Positions 29,590-40,387 are shown, numbered from the stretch's first letter. The stretch: DNA of 64,000 nucleotides from Cytophagales bacterium (GCA_013298805.1 JAAFIU010000003.1:49-64048); one strand, 5' to 3'. Translations and numbers: made by a program. Notes: generated from the letters alone by a model not told the origin.

Positions 29590-30798
29590 GTGAAAAGACA
29601 CATTTGGTTAGCAATTATCGCCTCAGCAATGGGCTTTTTTGTTGATTTATACGACATTATTATTCTCAGTATTGTGCGTTCCAAAAGCCTTTTGGAGGTT
29701 GGTGTTCCTGCCTCGGAATTGCTTTCCAAAGGCGTAACCTTGATAAACGTCCAAATGGTTGGCATGTTGATTGGTGGTTTTATTTGGGGAATTATTGGCG
29801 ATAAAATGGGGCGACTTTCGGTGCTTTTTGGTTCAATTATTTTGTACTCAAGTGCAACGTTTGCAAATGCTTATGCACCCAATTTCGAAATATATCTACT
29901 TTTAAGGTTCTTAGCTGGTATTGGTTTAGCAGGAGAATTAGGAGCTGCTATCACATTGGTAACGGAACAAATGCCACAAAAATATCGTGGAATTGGCCCT
30001 GCATTAATTGGTGGTTGCGGTATGTTAGGGGCAATTTTTGGGGCGTACATTGGTGGAAAATATTCGTGGCAATTTACCTATCAATTGGGCGGTGGCTTGG
30101 GTTTCTTGTTATTACTTTTAAGACTTGGCGTGCTTGAATCGGGTTTATTCAACAATATGAAAGGAAACACAACTTCCAAAGGAGATTTGCGATTATTGTT
30201 CAAGAATAAAGATTACATCAAAAAATACGTGAGTATTTGCGTTTTGGGTTTTCCTGTATGGTTTGTAAATGGCGTAGTGATGACCTTTACTCCCGAAATT
30301 GGCAAAGCATGGGGCATGAACCCAATACCTTCAGTTTCAGCGGTTTTTACTTACTATTTTATTGGTCTTACTTTCGGCGACTTGACAGGCGGTTTTGTGA
30401 GTCAATATTTAAAAAGTCGTAAAAAAGCCATTCGGTTGTATTTGTCACTTTATACCGTTGGAGCGATTGTTTTCTTTACCGTTGCCAATCAATCACTGAC
30501 TCTTTATTACGGACTTTTATTATTTCTTGGATTTTGCGTAGGATATTCTATCGTACTCTTAACATTGGCGGCAGAACAATATGGAACAAACATTCGAGCA
30601 ACTGTTACAACCTCATCTTTGAATATCTTGAGAGCAACTGTTATTCCTCAAACGCTTTTATTTGGAATGTTAGTACCAAGTTTGGGAGAGCCAAAAGCGG
30701 CAATGGTTGTAGGTGTATTGGCCATTTTGATTGCCTTTTGGGGTTTGAGCAATCTGGAAGAAACCTTCGACAAAGATTTAAATTATATAGAACAGTAG
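29590..30798 (+). CDS. MFS transporter
   Basis: GDKMGR motif A, LRFLAGIGLAGE; 12-TM pattern; GTG start. Confidence 0.9.
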   Translation: MKRHIWLAIIASAMGFFVDLYDIIILSIVRSKSLLEVGVPASELLSKGVTLINVQMVGMLIGGFIWGIIGDKMGRLSVLFGSIILYSSATFANAYAPNFEIYLLLRFLAGIGLAGELGAAITLVTEQMPQKYRGIGPALIGGCGMLGAIFGAYIGGKYSWQFTYQLGGGLGFLLLLLRLGVLESGLFNNMKGNTTSKGDLRLLFKNKDYIKKYVSICVLGFPVWFVNGVVMTFTPEIGKAWGMNPIPSVSAVFTYYFIGLTFGDLTGGFVSQYLKSRKKAIRLYLSLYTVGAIVFFTVANQSLTLYYGLLLFLGFCVGYSIVLLTLAAEQYGTNIRATVTTSSLNILRATVIPQTLLFGMLVPSLGEPKAAMVVGVLAILIAFWGLSNLEETFDKDLNYIEQ

Positions 30799-30847
30799 TC
30801 AAAATATTAATTATCCCAATTTACTTAACTTTCAATTTTACAATTTC

Positions 30848-33800
30848 ATGAAAAACAAATTTTCAATTAACCTAAAAATGCTCGTACAAGCACTTTTTAT
30901 GTTAATCGTCATCCAAAACGTTACAGCCCAAAGCAAAATCAATGTTTTGGTGTTCAGTAAAACCGCCGCATTCCGACATCAATCTATTGGTGCAGGAAAA
31001 ATTGCTCTTGAAAAAATGGCAAAAGAGAAGAGCTTTAACGTAAGTTTTACGGAAGATGCCACTCAATTTTCGGAACTCAATCTGAAGAAATTTAATACGG
31101 TTATCTTTTTGAATACCACAGGAGATATTTTAAATGCAGAACAGCAAAGTGTTTTTGAGCGCTACATCCAAGCGGGTGGTGGTTACGTGGGAATTCACGC
31201 TGCAACTGATACTGAATACGAATGGCCTTGGTATAATCAATTGGCGGGTGCTTGGTTTTTGGACCACCCAATGCCAAATAATGTGCAGAAAGGTAAATAT
31301 TTTGTGACGCAGAAGAACGAATTTACGGCAGGCATGCCCGATACATTTGAAAGAAGCGATGAATTTTACAGCTTCAAAAACATTTCTCCAAAAATCAATG
31401 TAGTCTTGAAAATTGACGAAAAAAGCTACGTTGGTGGAAAAAATGGCGATAATCACCCGATGAGTTGGTACCAAGAATTCGACGGTGGCCGTTCGTTTTA
31501 TACAGGAATGGGACATACTGATGAGACTTTTTCAGAGCCTCTATTTTTGAATCATCTCTGGGCAGGAATTAAATATACCGCAGGTGGTGAAACGCCAAAA
31601 CCTTTGGATTTCTCAAAAGCTCGTCCCGAAGAAAATCGTTTTACAAAAGTGGTTTTGCAAGACAAATTGGACGAACCGATGGAAATGTCTGTATTAGATA
31701 AAGACCGTGTACTTTTCATTCAACGTAAAGGAGAGGTAAGACTTTATAATAACAAAACAAAAGAATTAAAGACAATTGCGAAGATTCCAGTCAGTACAAA
31801 ATACGTAACAAAAGAAGGTGTTGAATCAATGGGCGAAGATGGACTTTTGGGCTTAAACAAAGACCCAAATTTTGCCCAAAATCACTGGATTTATCTATAT
31901 TATTCAATTCCAGAAGTACCCAAAAATGTATTGACCAGATACGAGCTTCGTGGTGATGAATTAGTACTTGATTCTAAAAAAGTATTGTTAGAAGTGGGAA
32001 CCCAACGGGAAGAATGTTGCCATACTGGTGGTTCAATTGCTTGGGATAAAGTTGGAAATCTTTATTTGTCAACGGGTGATAATACCAGTCCAAGAGCCGA
32101 TAATTATAATCCAATTGATGAACGTGAAGGAAGATATGGTTTTGATGCTCAGAAATCATCCGCAAATACGAATGATTTACGGGGTAAAATTATCCGAATT
32201 AAACCAACTGCTGAAGGTTCATACACCATTCCAGAAGGTAATCTTTTCCCAAAAGGAACAGCACTGACTCGTCCAGAAATTTTTACGATGGGACACCGTA
32301 ACCCATTCCGTATTTCAGTTGACCAGAAAACAGGTTTTGTCTATTGGGGCGAAGTTGGTCCAGATGCTTCAAAACCAGATTCTACCAGAGGACCCGAAGG
32401 AAATGATGAGGTTGGACAAGCACGTAAACCAGGAAATTTTGGCTGGCCACATTTTGTAGGTGATAACAAAGCCTACCGTAAGTATGATTATGCCACGAAA
32501 ATTTCGGGTGAATATCAAGATGCAAACGCCCCGACGAATACTTCACCCAATAATACAGGTTTAAAAGTATTACCACCTGCACAAAAAGCATTCGTTTGGT
32601 ATCCTTATGGTGAATCAAAAGAATTTCCATTAGTGGGTAGCGGTGGTAGAAATGCAATGGCTGGCCCCGTTTTTTACTCAGAAGATTTCAAAACGGCAGC
32701 AAGAACTTTCCCTAAATATTACGATGGGAAATTCTTGGAATATGACTGGATGCGTGGTTGGATTATGGCAGTTACGATGGACAAAGACGGAAATTACAAG
32801 TCGATGGAGCGTTTTATGCCAAGCTATAAATTCAGTAACCCAATGGATATGGAATTTGCCGATAATGGCGATTTATACATGCTTGAATATGGTTCAGGTT
32901 GGTTTACTGCCAATGACGATGCACGTTTGATTCGCATTGAATATAATGGAGGAAACCGCAAGCCACAAATTGCAATGGTTGCAAACCAAATGGGCGGAGC
33001 AACGCCTTTCAATTTGAAATTGACTTCAAAAGGAACGGTGGATGCTGATGGAGATTTATTGACATATTCTTGGAAAATTACTTCAAAAGCAGGTTTCAAT
33101 AAAGTTATCAATACGCCAGATGCCAATGTAACTTTGCTTAAATCAGGTGTTTATAAAGCAACTCTGACTGTAAATGATGGAAAAGGTGGAATCAATTCGC
33201 AATCAATGGAAATTACAGCAGGTAATGAACCGCCTGTTTTGAGTTTGGAAATGCCAAAAAACAATAAATCATTTTACGTGGCTAATAAGTCTTTCGCATA
33301 CGCAATTAAAGTTAAAGATAAAGAAGATGGAACGTTAGCAAAAGGCATCACGCCTGAGCAAGTGGCTGTCAGTATTGACTATTTAGCTGAAGGATTTGAT
33401 AAAAATATGATTGCAATGGGACACCGTTCGGCGGATGCAAGTGCCGCTTTTGCAACAGGTAAAAAATTGATGGAAGCAAGCGATTGTATGGCTTGTCACG
33501 CCAAAGAGAAAAAATCGGTGGGGCCTACTTTACGGGATGTTTCTAAAAAATATAATGGAGAAGCTACGGCTTTGGAAAAATTGACGAAGAAAGTTATTGC
33601 AGGTGGAAGTGGCGTTTGGGGAGATGTAGCAATGGCAGGACACCCACAACTTGCAACGGCTGATGCGGCAGAAATGGTAAAATATATTTTGAATATCAAC
33701 AATGAAAAACCGAAAGAAAAATCATTGCCAGTAAATGGAGCTTATACTACGAAATTGCCATCTGGCGATAAGGGAAAAGGCGTTTACATTGTTCGTGCTT

Positions 33801-34627
33801 CTTATGAAGACCAAGGTGCAAATGGTTTGCCTTCGTTGAAATCTGAACAAACTTTTGTATTAAGAAATGCTAAAGTTGATGCACATGGATTTGATGAATA
33901 CGTAGATATTAACAAAATGGCTTTTGGTGGAAATAATTTAGCAATTCCTTCAAAATCAGGAGCATATACTTCAATTAAGCAAATTGATTTGAATGGTTTA
34001 TCAGAATTGCAATTGTTGGCTATTGCTCCAAAACCACAAGTGAATGCTGTAGGTGGAATGGTAGAACTCCATTTAGGTAGCCCGACTGGGAAATTAATTG
34101 GTACTTCTAAATTCTTAGAGCCTTCGGATAAAATGGATTTCAAACCAAGTGTTTTAAGTGTTCCAATCAATTTATCGGGAGTTGCGACGGACAAATTACA
34201 AGATGTCTATGTGGTATTCTTGAATCCAAAATCGGAAGGTCAATCATTAATGTTGGTGATGGGATTCGATTTTAAAATGGCAAATGAAAGCGAAACAGTT
34301 GAAGTTCCAAAAGTTGAAGCAGCGACTGCCACGGCTGATTTTTATGTTGGACAATGGACGACAACTTTCATAGGAACGCCACAAGGAGATGCGGAACTTT
34401 TGTTAAATTTAGTTCGTAACAACGGAAAACTTGAAGGTACTATCACTGCTAAGGCAGATAATAAAGCGATTTCAATTGATAAAATCGAAGAGAATGATGA
34501 TAAGTTAAAACTTTATTTCAAAATGATGGGTTTTGATTTAAACGTAACTTTTGAAAAAGAAGACAACGACAATCTGAAAGGCTCCTTAATGGGAATGTTC
34601 AAAACTAAGGCTGTAAGAATTAAATAA
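30848..34627 (+). CDS. Multidomain secreted protein: ThuA-like + glucose/sorbosone dehydrogenase beta-propeller + PKD + cytochrome c + carbohydrate-binding-like + C-terminal domain
   Basis: FSKTAAFRH/GIHAATD/GMGH (ThuA); CCHTGG, LRGKIIRI, GHRNPFR (GSDH); CMACH heme motif. Confidence 0.85.
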   Translation: MKNKFSINLKMLVQALFMLIVIQNVTAQSKINVLVFSKTAAFRHQSIGAGKIALEKMAKEKSFNVSFTEDATQFSELNLKKFNTVIFLNTTGDILNAEQQSVFERYIQAGGGYVGIHAATDTEYEWPWYNQLAGAWFLDHPMPNNVQKGKYFVTQKNEFTAGMPDTFERSDEFYSFKNISPKINVVLKIDEKSYVGGKNGDNHPMSWYQEFDGGRSFYTGMGHTDETFSEPLFLNHLWAGIKYTAGGETPKPLDFSKARPEENRFTKVVLQDKLDEPMEMSVLDKDRVLFIQRKGEVRLYNNKTKELKTIAKIPVSTKYVTKEGVESMGEDGLLGLNKDPNFAQNHWIYLYYSIPEVPKNVLTRYELRGDELVLDSKKVLLEVGTQREECCHTGGSIAWDKVGNLYLSTGDNTSPRADNYNPIDEREGRYGFDAQKSSANTNDLRGKIIRIKPTAEGSYTIPEGNLFPKGTALTRPEIFTMGHRNPFRISVDQKTGFVYWGEVGPDASKPDSTRGPEGNDEVGQARKPGNFGWPHFVGDNKAYRKYDYATKISGEYQDANAPTNTSPNNTGLKVLPPAQKAFVWYPYGESKEFPLVGSGGRNAMAGPVFYSEDFKTAARTFPKYYDGKFLEYDWMRGWIMAVTMDKDGNYKSMERFMPSYKFSNPMDMEFADNGDLYMLEYGSGWFTANDDARLIRIEYNGGNRKPQIAMVANQMGGATPFNLKLTSKGTVDADGDLLTYSWKITSKAGFNKVINTPDANVTLLKSGVYKATLTVNDGKGGINSQSMEITAGNEPPVLSLEMPKNNKSFYVANKSFAYAIKVKDKEDGTLAKGITPEQVAVSIDYLAEGFDKNMIAMGHRSADASAAFATGKKLMEASDCMACHAKEKKSVGPTLRDVSKKYNGEATALEKLTKKVIAGGSGVWGDVAMAGHPQLATADAAEMVKYILNINNEKPKEKSLPVNGAYTTKLPSGDKGKGVYIVRASYEDQGANGLPSLKSEQTFVLRNAKVDAHGFDEYVDINKMAFGGNNLAIPSKSGAYTSIKQIDLNGLSELQLLAIAPKPQVNAVGGMVELHLGSPTGKLIGTSKFLEPSDKMDFKPSVLSVPINLSGVATDKLQDVYVVFLNPKSEGQSLMLVMGFDFKMANESETVEVPKVEAATATADFYVGQWTTTFIGTPQGDAELLLNLVRNNGKLEGTITAKADNKAISIDKIEENDDKLKLYFKMMGFDLNVTFEKEDNDNLKGSLMGMFKTKAVRIK

Positions 34628-34672
34628 ACTCCACAATAAACAAACAAACGTGGCGACGTATCGCAACAAACA

Positions 34673-35059
34673 ATGAAAAAAGTAAGCATCATTCTAATCG
34701 CTCTATTCTTCGGAATTGCCATCAAAGGGTTTTCACAAACCACAGCACCAGCTACAACAACAGATTTCTTTGTTGGGAAATGGGAAATATCCATTTTTGG
34801 CACACCACAAGGTGATGTAAAAATGGTTACAGACCTTATTCGTAAAGATGGAAAATTGACAGGAGAATTAAAGGACGCAGCTGATTCTACCAAACCAATT
34901 ATTCCAATTACAGCCATTGAAGAGAAAGATGGGGAAATCGAACTTTCATTTTCAGCAGCAGGATATGATTTAACATTACCCTTGAAAAAAGAAGACGATG
35001 ATAATTTAAAAGGGCAACTAATGAATATGTTTGATGCCAAAGCGAAAAGAGTTAAGTAA
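34673..35059 (+). CDS. Secreted hypothetical protein, paralogous to the C-terminal domain of the preceding gene
   Basis: Signal peptide; DFFVGKW..GTPQGD..KEDDDNLKG.LM.MF..KA.R.K pattern shared with the upstream protein. Confidence 0.8.
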   Translation: MKKVSIILIALFFGIAIKGFSQTTAPATTTDFFVGKWEISIFGTPQGDVKMVTDLIRKDGKLTGELKDAADSTKPIIPITAIEEKDGEIELSFSAAGYDLTLPLKKEDDDNLKGQLMNMFDAKAKRVK

Positions 35060-35159
35060 GTAATAATTTTTATTGGAGAACTTATAATATGCTAATTTTC
35101 AATATATTATAACTCCAACTAACTTTTAAAACTTCCTTGTTCTCTTCTGAAAACAAAAA

Positions 35160-36949
35160 GAGGCTGTCCAAAAAGTAATTGGCAGCCTCTTTTTTGTTTT
35201 GTTATATGTCTGATATTTAGTATTTTAGCTATGTAAATCTTCAAACATGGCAAAGGCACTTTTCAAACCGCTTCCGCTTAATAGTCCTGAACTATTTCCT
35301 GTCAATATCTTTGAGCGAATTCCCGAAAATCATCCCGTTCATTTAATAAGTGATGTGGTTGATAAATTAGACATTTCTCACATCACGGCTGAATATAAAG
35401 GAGGTGGCACTACCGCTTTTGCTCCAAAGATGATGCTTAAAGTGCTGTTTTACAGTTATTTGAGCAATGTTTATTCTTGTCGTAAGATTGCCAAAGCTCT
35501 CAATGAGAACATCTACTTTATGTGGATTTCGGGTAATTCTACACCTGATTTTCGGACGATTAATAATTTTAGGGGGCAAAAACTTAAACATCACATTCAT
35601 GATTTATTTACTGAGGTGGTTAAAATGCTTCAGGAATTGCAAGTGTTAAGCCTTGATATTCAATATATTGATGGTACAAAAATTGAGTCTGTTGCAAATA
35701 AATACACTTTTGTTTGGCGTGGCTCGGTCGAGAAGAATAAGGCTAAATTGGAGGAGAAGATACAAAAAGTATTGGGCGACATTGACCAGCAAATTCAACA
35801 AGATAATCAAGAAGCTAATCAACAGGATATTTCTCAAAAAATTGACTCTAATCTACTAAAACTGAAACTTGGAGAGATTAATCAGAAGTTAAAAGAATCA
35901 TCCAAATCTACTCAGAAGCAAATTCAGAAGTTGCAACAGGAGCATCTTCCTCGCTTAGAGAAATATGAACAACAACTCCAAACGTTGGGCAACAGGAACA
36001 GTTTTAGTAAAACTGATGAAGATGCTACTTTCATGCGTATGAAGGAAGATGCCATGAAGAATGGACAATTAAAACCCGCTTATAATCCTCAAATATCAAC
36101 AGAAAATCAGTACATTACTCATTACAGCATTCACCAAAAGCCTAATGATACCACCACCTTACTCCCTCATTTAGAGGGTTTTAAGCAAAAATACAACAAG
36201 CAAAGTAAGCAAGTAGTGACGGATTCGGGTTACGGCAGTGAACAGAACTATGAAATGTTGGAAAAAGCTAATATTGAAGCGTTTGTCAAGTTTAGTTATT
36301 TTCACAAAGAACAAAAGAGGGGTTTTAAGAACGACCCCTTCGGCATACAAAACTTGTTTTACAACCAAGAAAAAGACTTTTATGTCTGTACGATGGGGCA
36401 ACGTATGGAGAAAGTGTGCGATACCAAACGCACCAGTAGCAATGGTTATGAGTCAACTATTAGTATTTATCAGGCAAAAAACTGCCAAGGTTGTCCACCC
36501 GAGGTTGTCCACTCAGAGGAATGTGTCATCAAGCTAAAACAAATCGGCGAATGGAAGTCAATCATCGGCTCAACCAACTCAAAGAGAAAGCAAGAGCATT
36601 ATTGCTGAGTCCACAAGGCATAGAAAAGCGAAGTAAACGACCCGTTGAAGTGGAAGCCGTATTTGGGCAGTTGAAATCAAACAATAAATTCAACCGATTT
36701 ACTTTAAGGGGTTTAGACAAAGTCAATGTCGAGTTTGGCTTGATGGCTCTGGGGCATAATTTTAGAAAATGGGCGAGAAGCCTTAATAAAAAATTGAAAA
36801 ATGACAGTGTGTTGATGAACTTTGTCAACAATTTACGTCTTTTTAAACATTTAGAAGCCTTCAAATCTGACTTTGGAAAGTCAAGAATGGAAAATTTAGT
36901 TTTGTATAAAATTGACCATAAAAAGAGGCTATCCTTTTGAGACAGCCTC
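35160..36949 (+). mobile_element. IS1182-family insertion sequence
   Basis: TIRs GAGGCTGTCCAAAAAG / CTTTTGAGACAGCCTC, each part of a terminator-like hairpin; encloses the transposase. Confidence 0.85.
35247..36940 (+). pseudogene. IS1182-family DDE transposase, frameshifted
   Basis: PDFRTINNFR, YIDGTKIES, DATFMRMK, DSGYGSE, VEAVFGQLK; split into two ORFs by a 14-nt insertion at 36499-36512. Confidence 0.85.
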
Positions 36950-36980
36950 GTTTTTATGAAAATTACTTTAAAAACTCAAA

Positions 36981-39236
36981 CTAAGATTTTGGTTGCTCAG
37001 ACGTAAATGGCTGATTATAATAACGTTTACCTGTTGATTTATACAGAGCATTGGCTACTGCTCCAAAAACTGGCGGGAACGGTGGCTCGCCAAGTCCAGT
37101 TGGGTCGATGTCGTTTTCTACAAAATGAACGTCAATTTTTTGTGGGGCTTCGTTATGGCGAATCATTCGGTAATTATGAAAATTATTCTGTTCTGGAACT
37201 CCATCTTTGTGGGTTAATGCACCATAAAACGACTGCCCAATTCCATCTACAACGGCACCTTGTACCATATTTCGAGCTGCATCGGGGTTTACGACCACGC
37301 CACAATCAACGACACTTGTTACAGATTCAACATACGGTTGTCCGTCTCGCATAACCATATCAACTACGTGACCTGCATACGAAGCATGACAGAAATAAGC
37401 GGCTACGCCACGTTTTTTGCCCACATTTTCTGGTTTGCCCCAACCTGATTTTTCTTTCAATAATTCCAAAACACCGATATATCTATTCGCATCATAATCG
37501 TTGTTTTTTCCTACTGGATTTTCTTTGGCACGTTTCAATAAATCAAGACGCATTTGAATAGGGTCTTTGCCCATTGCTTCGGCAACTTCATCCAAAAAAG
37601 ACTGCTCGGCTGCGGCATTGAAGTTTGAACGTGGCGCTCTAAACGCACCAATGGTAATGTTTGAAGTAATCTCCCAACCATCCGCCAAATAATTATCAAC
37701 CGCACCCGCTGGGAAACGATTGGCATGAATAGGGTTTTCGGGAATACCGCCACCTGTTACATGAAAACCAATCAGATTTTTATTGGCATCCAAAGCTGCA
37801 CGATAGGTTGCCGTGTACATTGGACGATAAATACCGTAAGTCATATCATCCTCACGGGTATAAATCAACTTGATGGGAACTTTCAATTTTTGAGAAATAC
37901 GAGCCGCCTCATACACATACGACCCATACGCTCTACGACCAAAACCACCACCCATGCGAGTCATTTGAATTTCAATTTTGTCAGCAGGTAAATTTAAAAT
38001 TTTTGCCAAAGTAGGCTCCATCCAACCCGGTGCTTGTAATGGTCCAGCAACTAATGCTTTATCATCTTGCACATGAGCAAAAAAGTTCATCGGCTCCATG
38101 GTATTATGTGCTAAGAAAGGAGCATTATATGTACGCTCAATAACCTGAGCTGCATTTTTGAAAGCAGTTTCTGGGTTGCCGTCTTTTCTTAATTCTTTGG
38201 CTGGTTTTGCGGAGTGCCGCCCATTAGCAAATTCAGCCATCATTTCCAACTGCTTGCTTGTTGTTTCTAATCTGCCAGGTACTATTTTCTCAGTTTTTCC
38301 ACCTCTGCCCACCATCATTTCTTTCACTTCGCCAGCGGCTTCCCATTGTATGCTTAGTTTCTTGCGGGCGTTCATTACTTCCCAAGTAGAATTTCCTACA
38401 ACAGCAATCATTTCATTGAAAGTACGGGTATCGAAACCAGCTTGTTCAAAACCATCATCATAGAGTTTAAAACTAAAAATATCTTTGATTCCAGGCATTT
38501 TTTTGGCAACAGTGGCGTCAAAAGATTTTAACTTCATACCAAATGCAGGTGGATGTTGAATCATGGCAATCAACATTCCATCTACTTTGTAATCCATTCC
38601 GAAAAGTGGTTTTCCTGTAACTACTTTTGTTCCCTCTGAGTTTTTCTTTGAATTTCTTACAATCGAAAAATCTTTGGGTGCTTTCAATTTCACATCTTTG
38701 GGAACAGTAAGCGTAGCCGCTTTGCTTGCCATTTCGCCATATTTTGCCGATTTTCCACTTGAATGTGATAAAACCCCTGCATTTGTTATGATTTCAGATG
38801 CTGGAACGCCCCACGTTTGAGCCGCTGCTTCAATAAGCATTTGACGGGCGGCGGCACCTGCGGTTCTTAATGGTCTCCAATACATTCTTACGGAGTTACT
38901 TCCACCTGTAAATTGAGGGCCATATTTCACATTGTCGTGCGTACCCATTTCTACGACTACATTTTTCCAGTCGCAATCCAATTCTTCTGCCACCATCATC
39001 GGTAGAGAAGTCATTACATTTTGTCCAAATTCTGGATTTGGGCAAAGGATTTTAACAACATTTTCAGGCGTAATTTTGATATATGCCGCCAATTCCGACC
39101 ATTGTTCGGGCAAGTTCAACGTAGCTATTTTTTCAGCAGCTTTTGCTTCCGAAAACCAACTGATACTTAGCATTAATCCGCCTCCAGCCAAAACCGAAGA
39201 CTTTAAAAAATCTCTTCTATTTGATGTATTTTTCAT
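36981..39236 (-). CDS. Xanthine dehydrogenase-family molybdopterin subunit (isoquinoline 1-oxidoreductase beta-like), Tat-exported
   Basis: RRDFLK Tat motif, TGGSNS, HNTMEP, GGGFGRR, GLGEPP. Confidence 0.9.
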   Translation of the reverse strand: MKNTSNRRDFLKSSVLAGGGLMLSISWFSEAKAAEKIATLNLPEQWSELAAYIKITPENVVKILCPNPEFGQNVMTSLPMMVAEELDCDWKNVVVEMGTHDNVKYGPQFTGGSNSVRMYWRPLRTAGAAARQMLIEAAAQTWGVPASEIITNAGVLSHSSGKSAKYGEMASKAATLTVPKDVKLKAPKDFSIVRNSKKNSEGTKVVTGKPLFGMDYKVDGMLIAMIQHPPAFGMKLKSFDATVAKKMPGIKDIFSFKLYDDGFEQAGFDTRTFNEMIAVVGNSTWEVMNARKKLSIQWEAAGEVKEMMVGRGGKTEKIVPGRLETTSKQLEMMAEFANGRHSAKPAKELRKDGNPETAFKNAAQVIERTYNAPFLAHNTMEPMNFFAHVQDDKALVAGPLQAPGWMEPTLAKILNLPADKIEIQMTRMGGGFGRRAYGSYVYEAARISQKLKVPIKLIYTREDDMTYGIYRPMYTATYRAALDANKNLIGFHVTGGGIPENPIHANRFPAGAVDNYLADGWEITSNITIGAFRAPRSNFNAAAEQSFLDEVAEAMGKDPIQMRLDLLKRAKENPVGKNNDYDANRYIGVLELLKEKSGWGKPENVGKKRGVAAYFCHASYAGHVVDMVMRDGQPYVESVTSVVDCGVVVNPDAARNMVQGAVVDGIGQSFYGALTHKDGVPEQNNFHNYRMIRHNEAPQKIDVHFVENDIDPTGLGEPPFPPVFGAVANALYKSTGKRYYNQPFTSEQPKS

Positions 39237-39243
39237 ATTCAGT

Positions 39244-39699
39244 TTAGTTTTTAGCAGCAGTTTTAATAGCCTCTTTTATTCTCAAATACGTTCCACAACG
39301 ACAAATATTTCCACTCATAGCAATATCAATGTCTTCATCTGTTGGATTTGGATTACTTTTTAGTAAAGCTGAAGCTGACATAATTTGCCCACCTTGACAA
39401 TAACCACATTGAGCTACATCGTGTTCCAACCATGCTTTTTGAACTGGGTGTGTGCAATTTTCAGAAAGTCCTTCGATAGTTGTAATGGCTGATTTGCCAA
39501 TTGCTGAAACAGGCAAGACACATGAACGAGTTGCATTTCCGTCTAAATGAATGGTACAAGCTCCGCACTGAGCCATGCCACAACCAAATTTTGTGCCTGG
39601 CATATTGAGATGGTCACGTAAAACCCACAAAACTGGGGTTGACGGGTCAACATCTACCTGTTTTGTTTTTCCGTTTATTTTTAGAGAATATTTTGCCAT
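39244..39699 (-). CDS. [2Fe-2S] subunit (IorA/CoxS-like)
   Basis: [11 protein letters not shown]; QCGYCQ..CRCGTY. Confidence 0.95.
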   Translation of the reverse strand: MAKYSLKINGKTKQVDVDPSTPVLWVLRDHLNMPGTKFGCGMAQCGACTIHLDGNATRSCVLPVSAIGKSAITTIEGLSENCTHPVQKAWLEHDVAQCGYCQGGQIMSASALLKSNPNPTDEDIDIAMSGNICRCGTYLRIKEAIKTAAKN

Positions 39700-39796
39700 G
39701 ATATTATTTTAGTCCTTTTAAAATTTAACAAAAATATATGAATAATTCAGTAAAAAATAATGCTTTTCAAATGAAAACTTACGAATTTCAAATAAG

Positions 39797-40231
39797 TTAG
39801 GGTGTAAGTAATTTAGAAAATGAAAGCGACCCCATTTTCCATTCGTTACCAACTTTTACATATACTTCTGTTACCATAAATGGATTACTTACTTCATTAC
39901 TGCCTACAACTGCCAAAAGGGTAATTCTGTTTAATAAGATAACTGTATTTTCGATAATTATTGGAGCGAAAACCTCATGAATATCGGCTTTTTTGTAATG
40001 AATAAAACCCGATTTAATAATCTCTAATTCACGCTCTTTGCCCCAAGAGCCACCCATGTGAACAAACATGGCTTGATTATCAAACAGTTTGCTCAATTTA
40101 TCAACGTCTTTATCCGCCATCCATTGCCATTTATTTTTTGAAAGGGTTTTGATTTCTTCGGCTGTATCTTGAGCGAAAGTTGAAATAGAACAAATAAGCA
40201 ATAAAGCTAAAATTTTGATGTTTGTTTTCAT
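39797..40231 (-). CDS. Secreted NTF2-like (DUF4440) protein
   Basis: Signal peptide; FVHMGG; VTEVYVK...WK. Confidence 0.75.
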   Translation of the reverse strand: MKTNIKILALLLICSISTFAQDTAEEIKTLSKNKWQWMADKDVDKLSKLFDNQAMFVHMGGSWGKERELEIIKSGFIHYKKADIHEVFAPIIIENTVILLNRITLLAVVGSNEVSNPFMVTEVYVKVGNEWKMGSLSFSKLLTP

Positions 40232-40387
40232 TTTTATAGTTTTTTTTGATTACAAATTTCCATCAAATTCTTGCTTTTGACGTATAAAAATTACGGTTAT
40301 TTCTACCATTTTTACTGATTGCAGAATCAGGTTGAATATTGTTATTTCAAAACGTTTAAATTTGGCAACATTTCAAAAGAAACAGAC

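Noticed and set aside
34513-35040. Antisense ORFs (this one and many other 60-175 aa ORFs in the track)
   Set aside because: They lie opposite or within well-supported genes and show no recognisable motifs; treated as shadow ORFs.
36491-36940. Separate 149-aa gene, or a programmed frameshift
   Set aside because: It is the transposase C-terminus; the shift is explained by the 14-nt insertion and no slippery site is evident.
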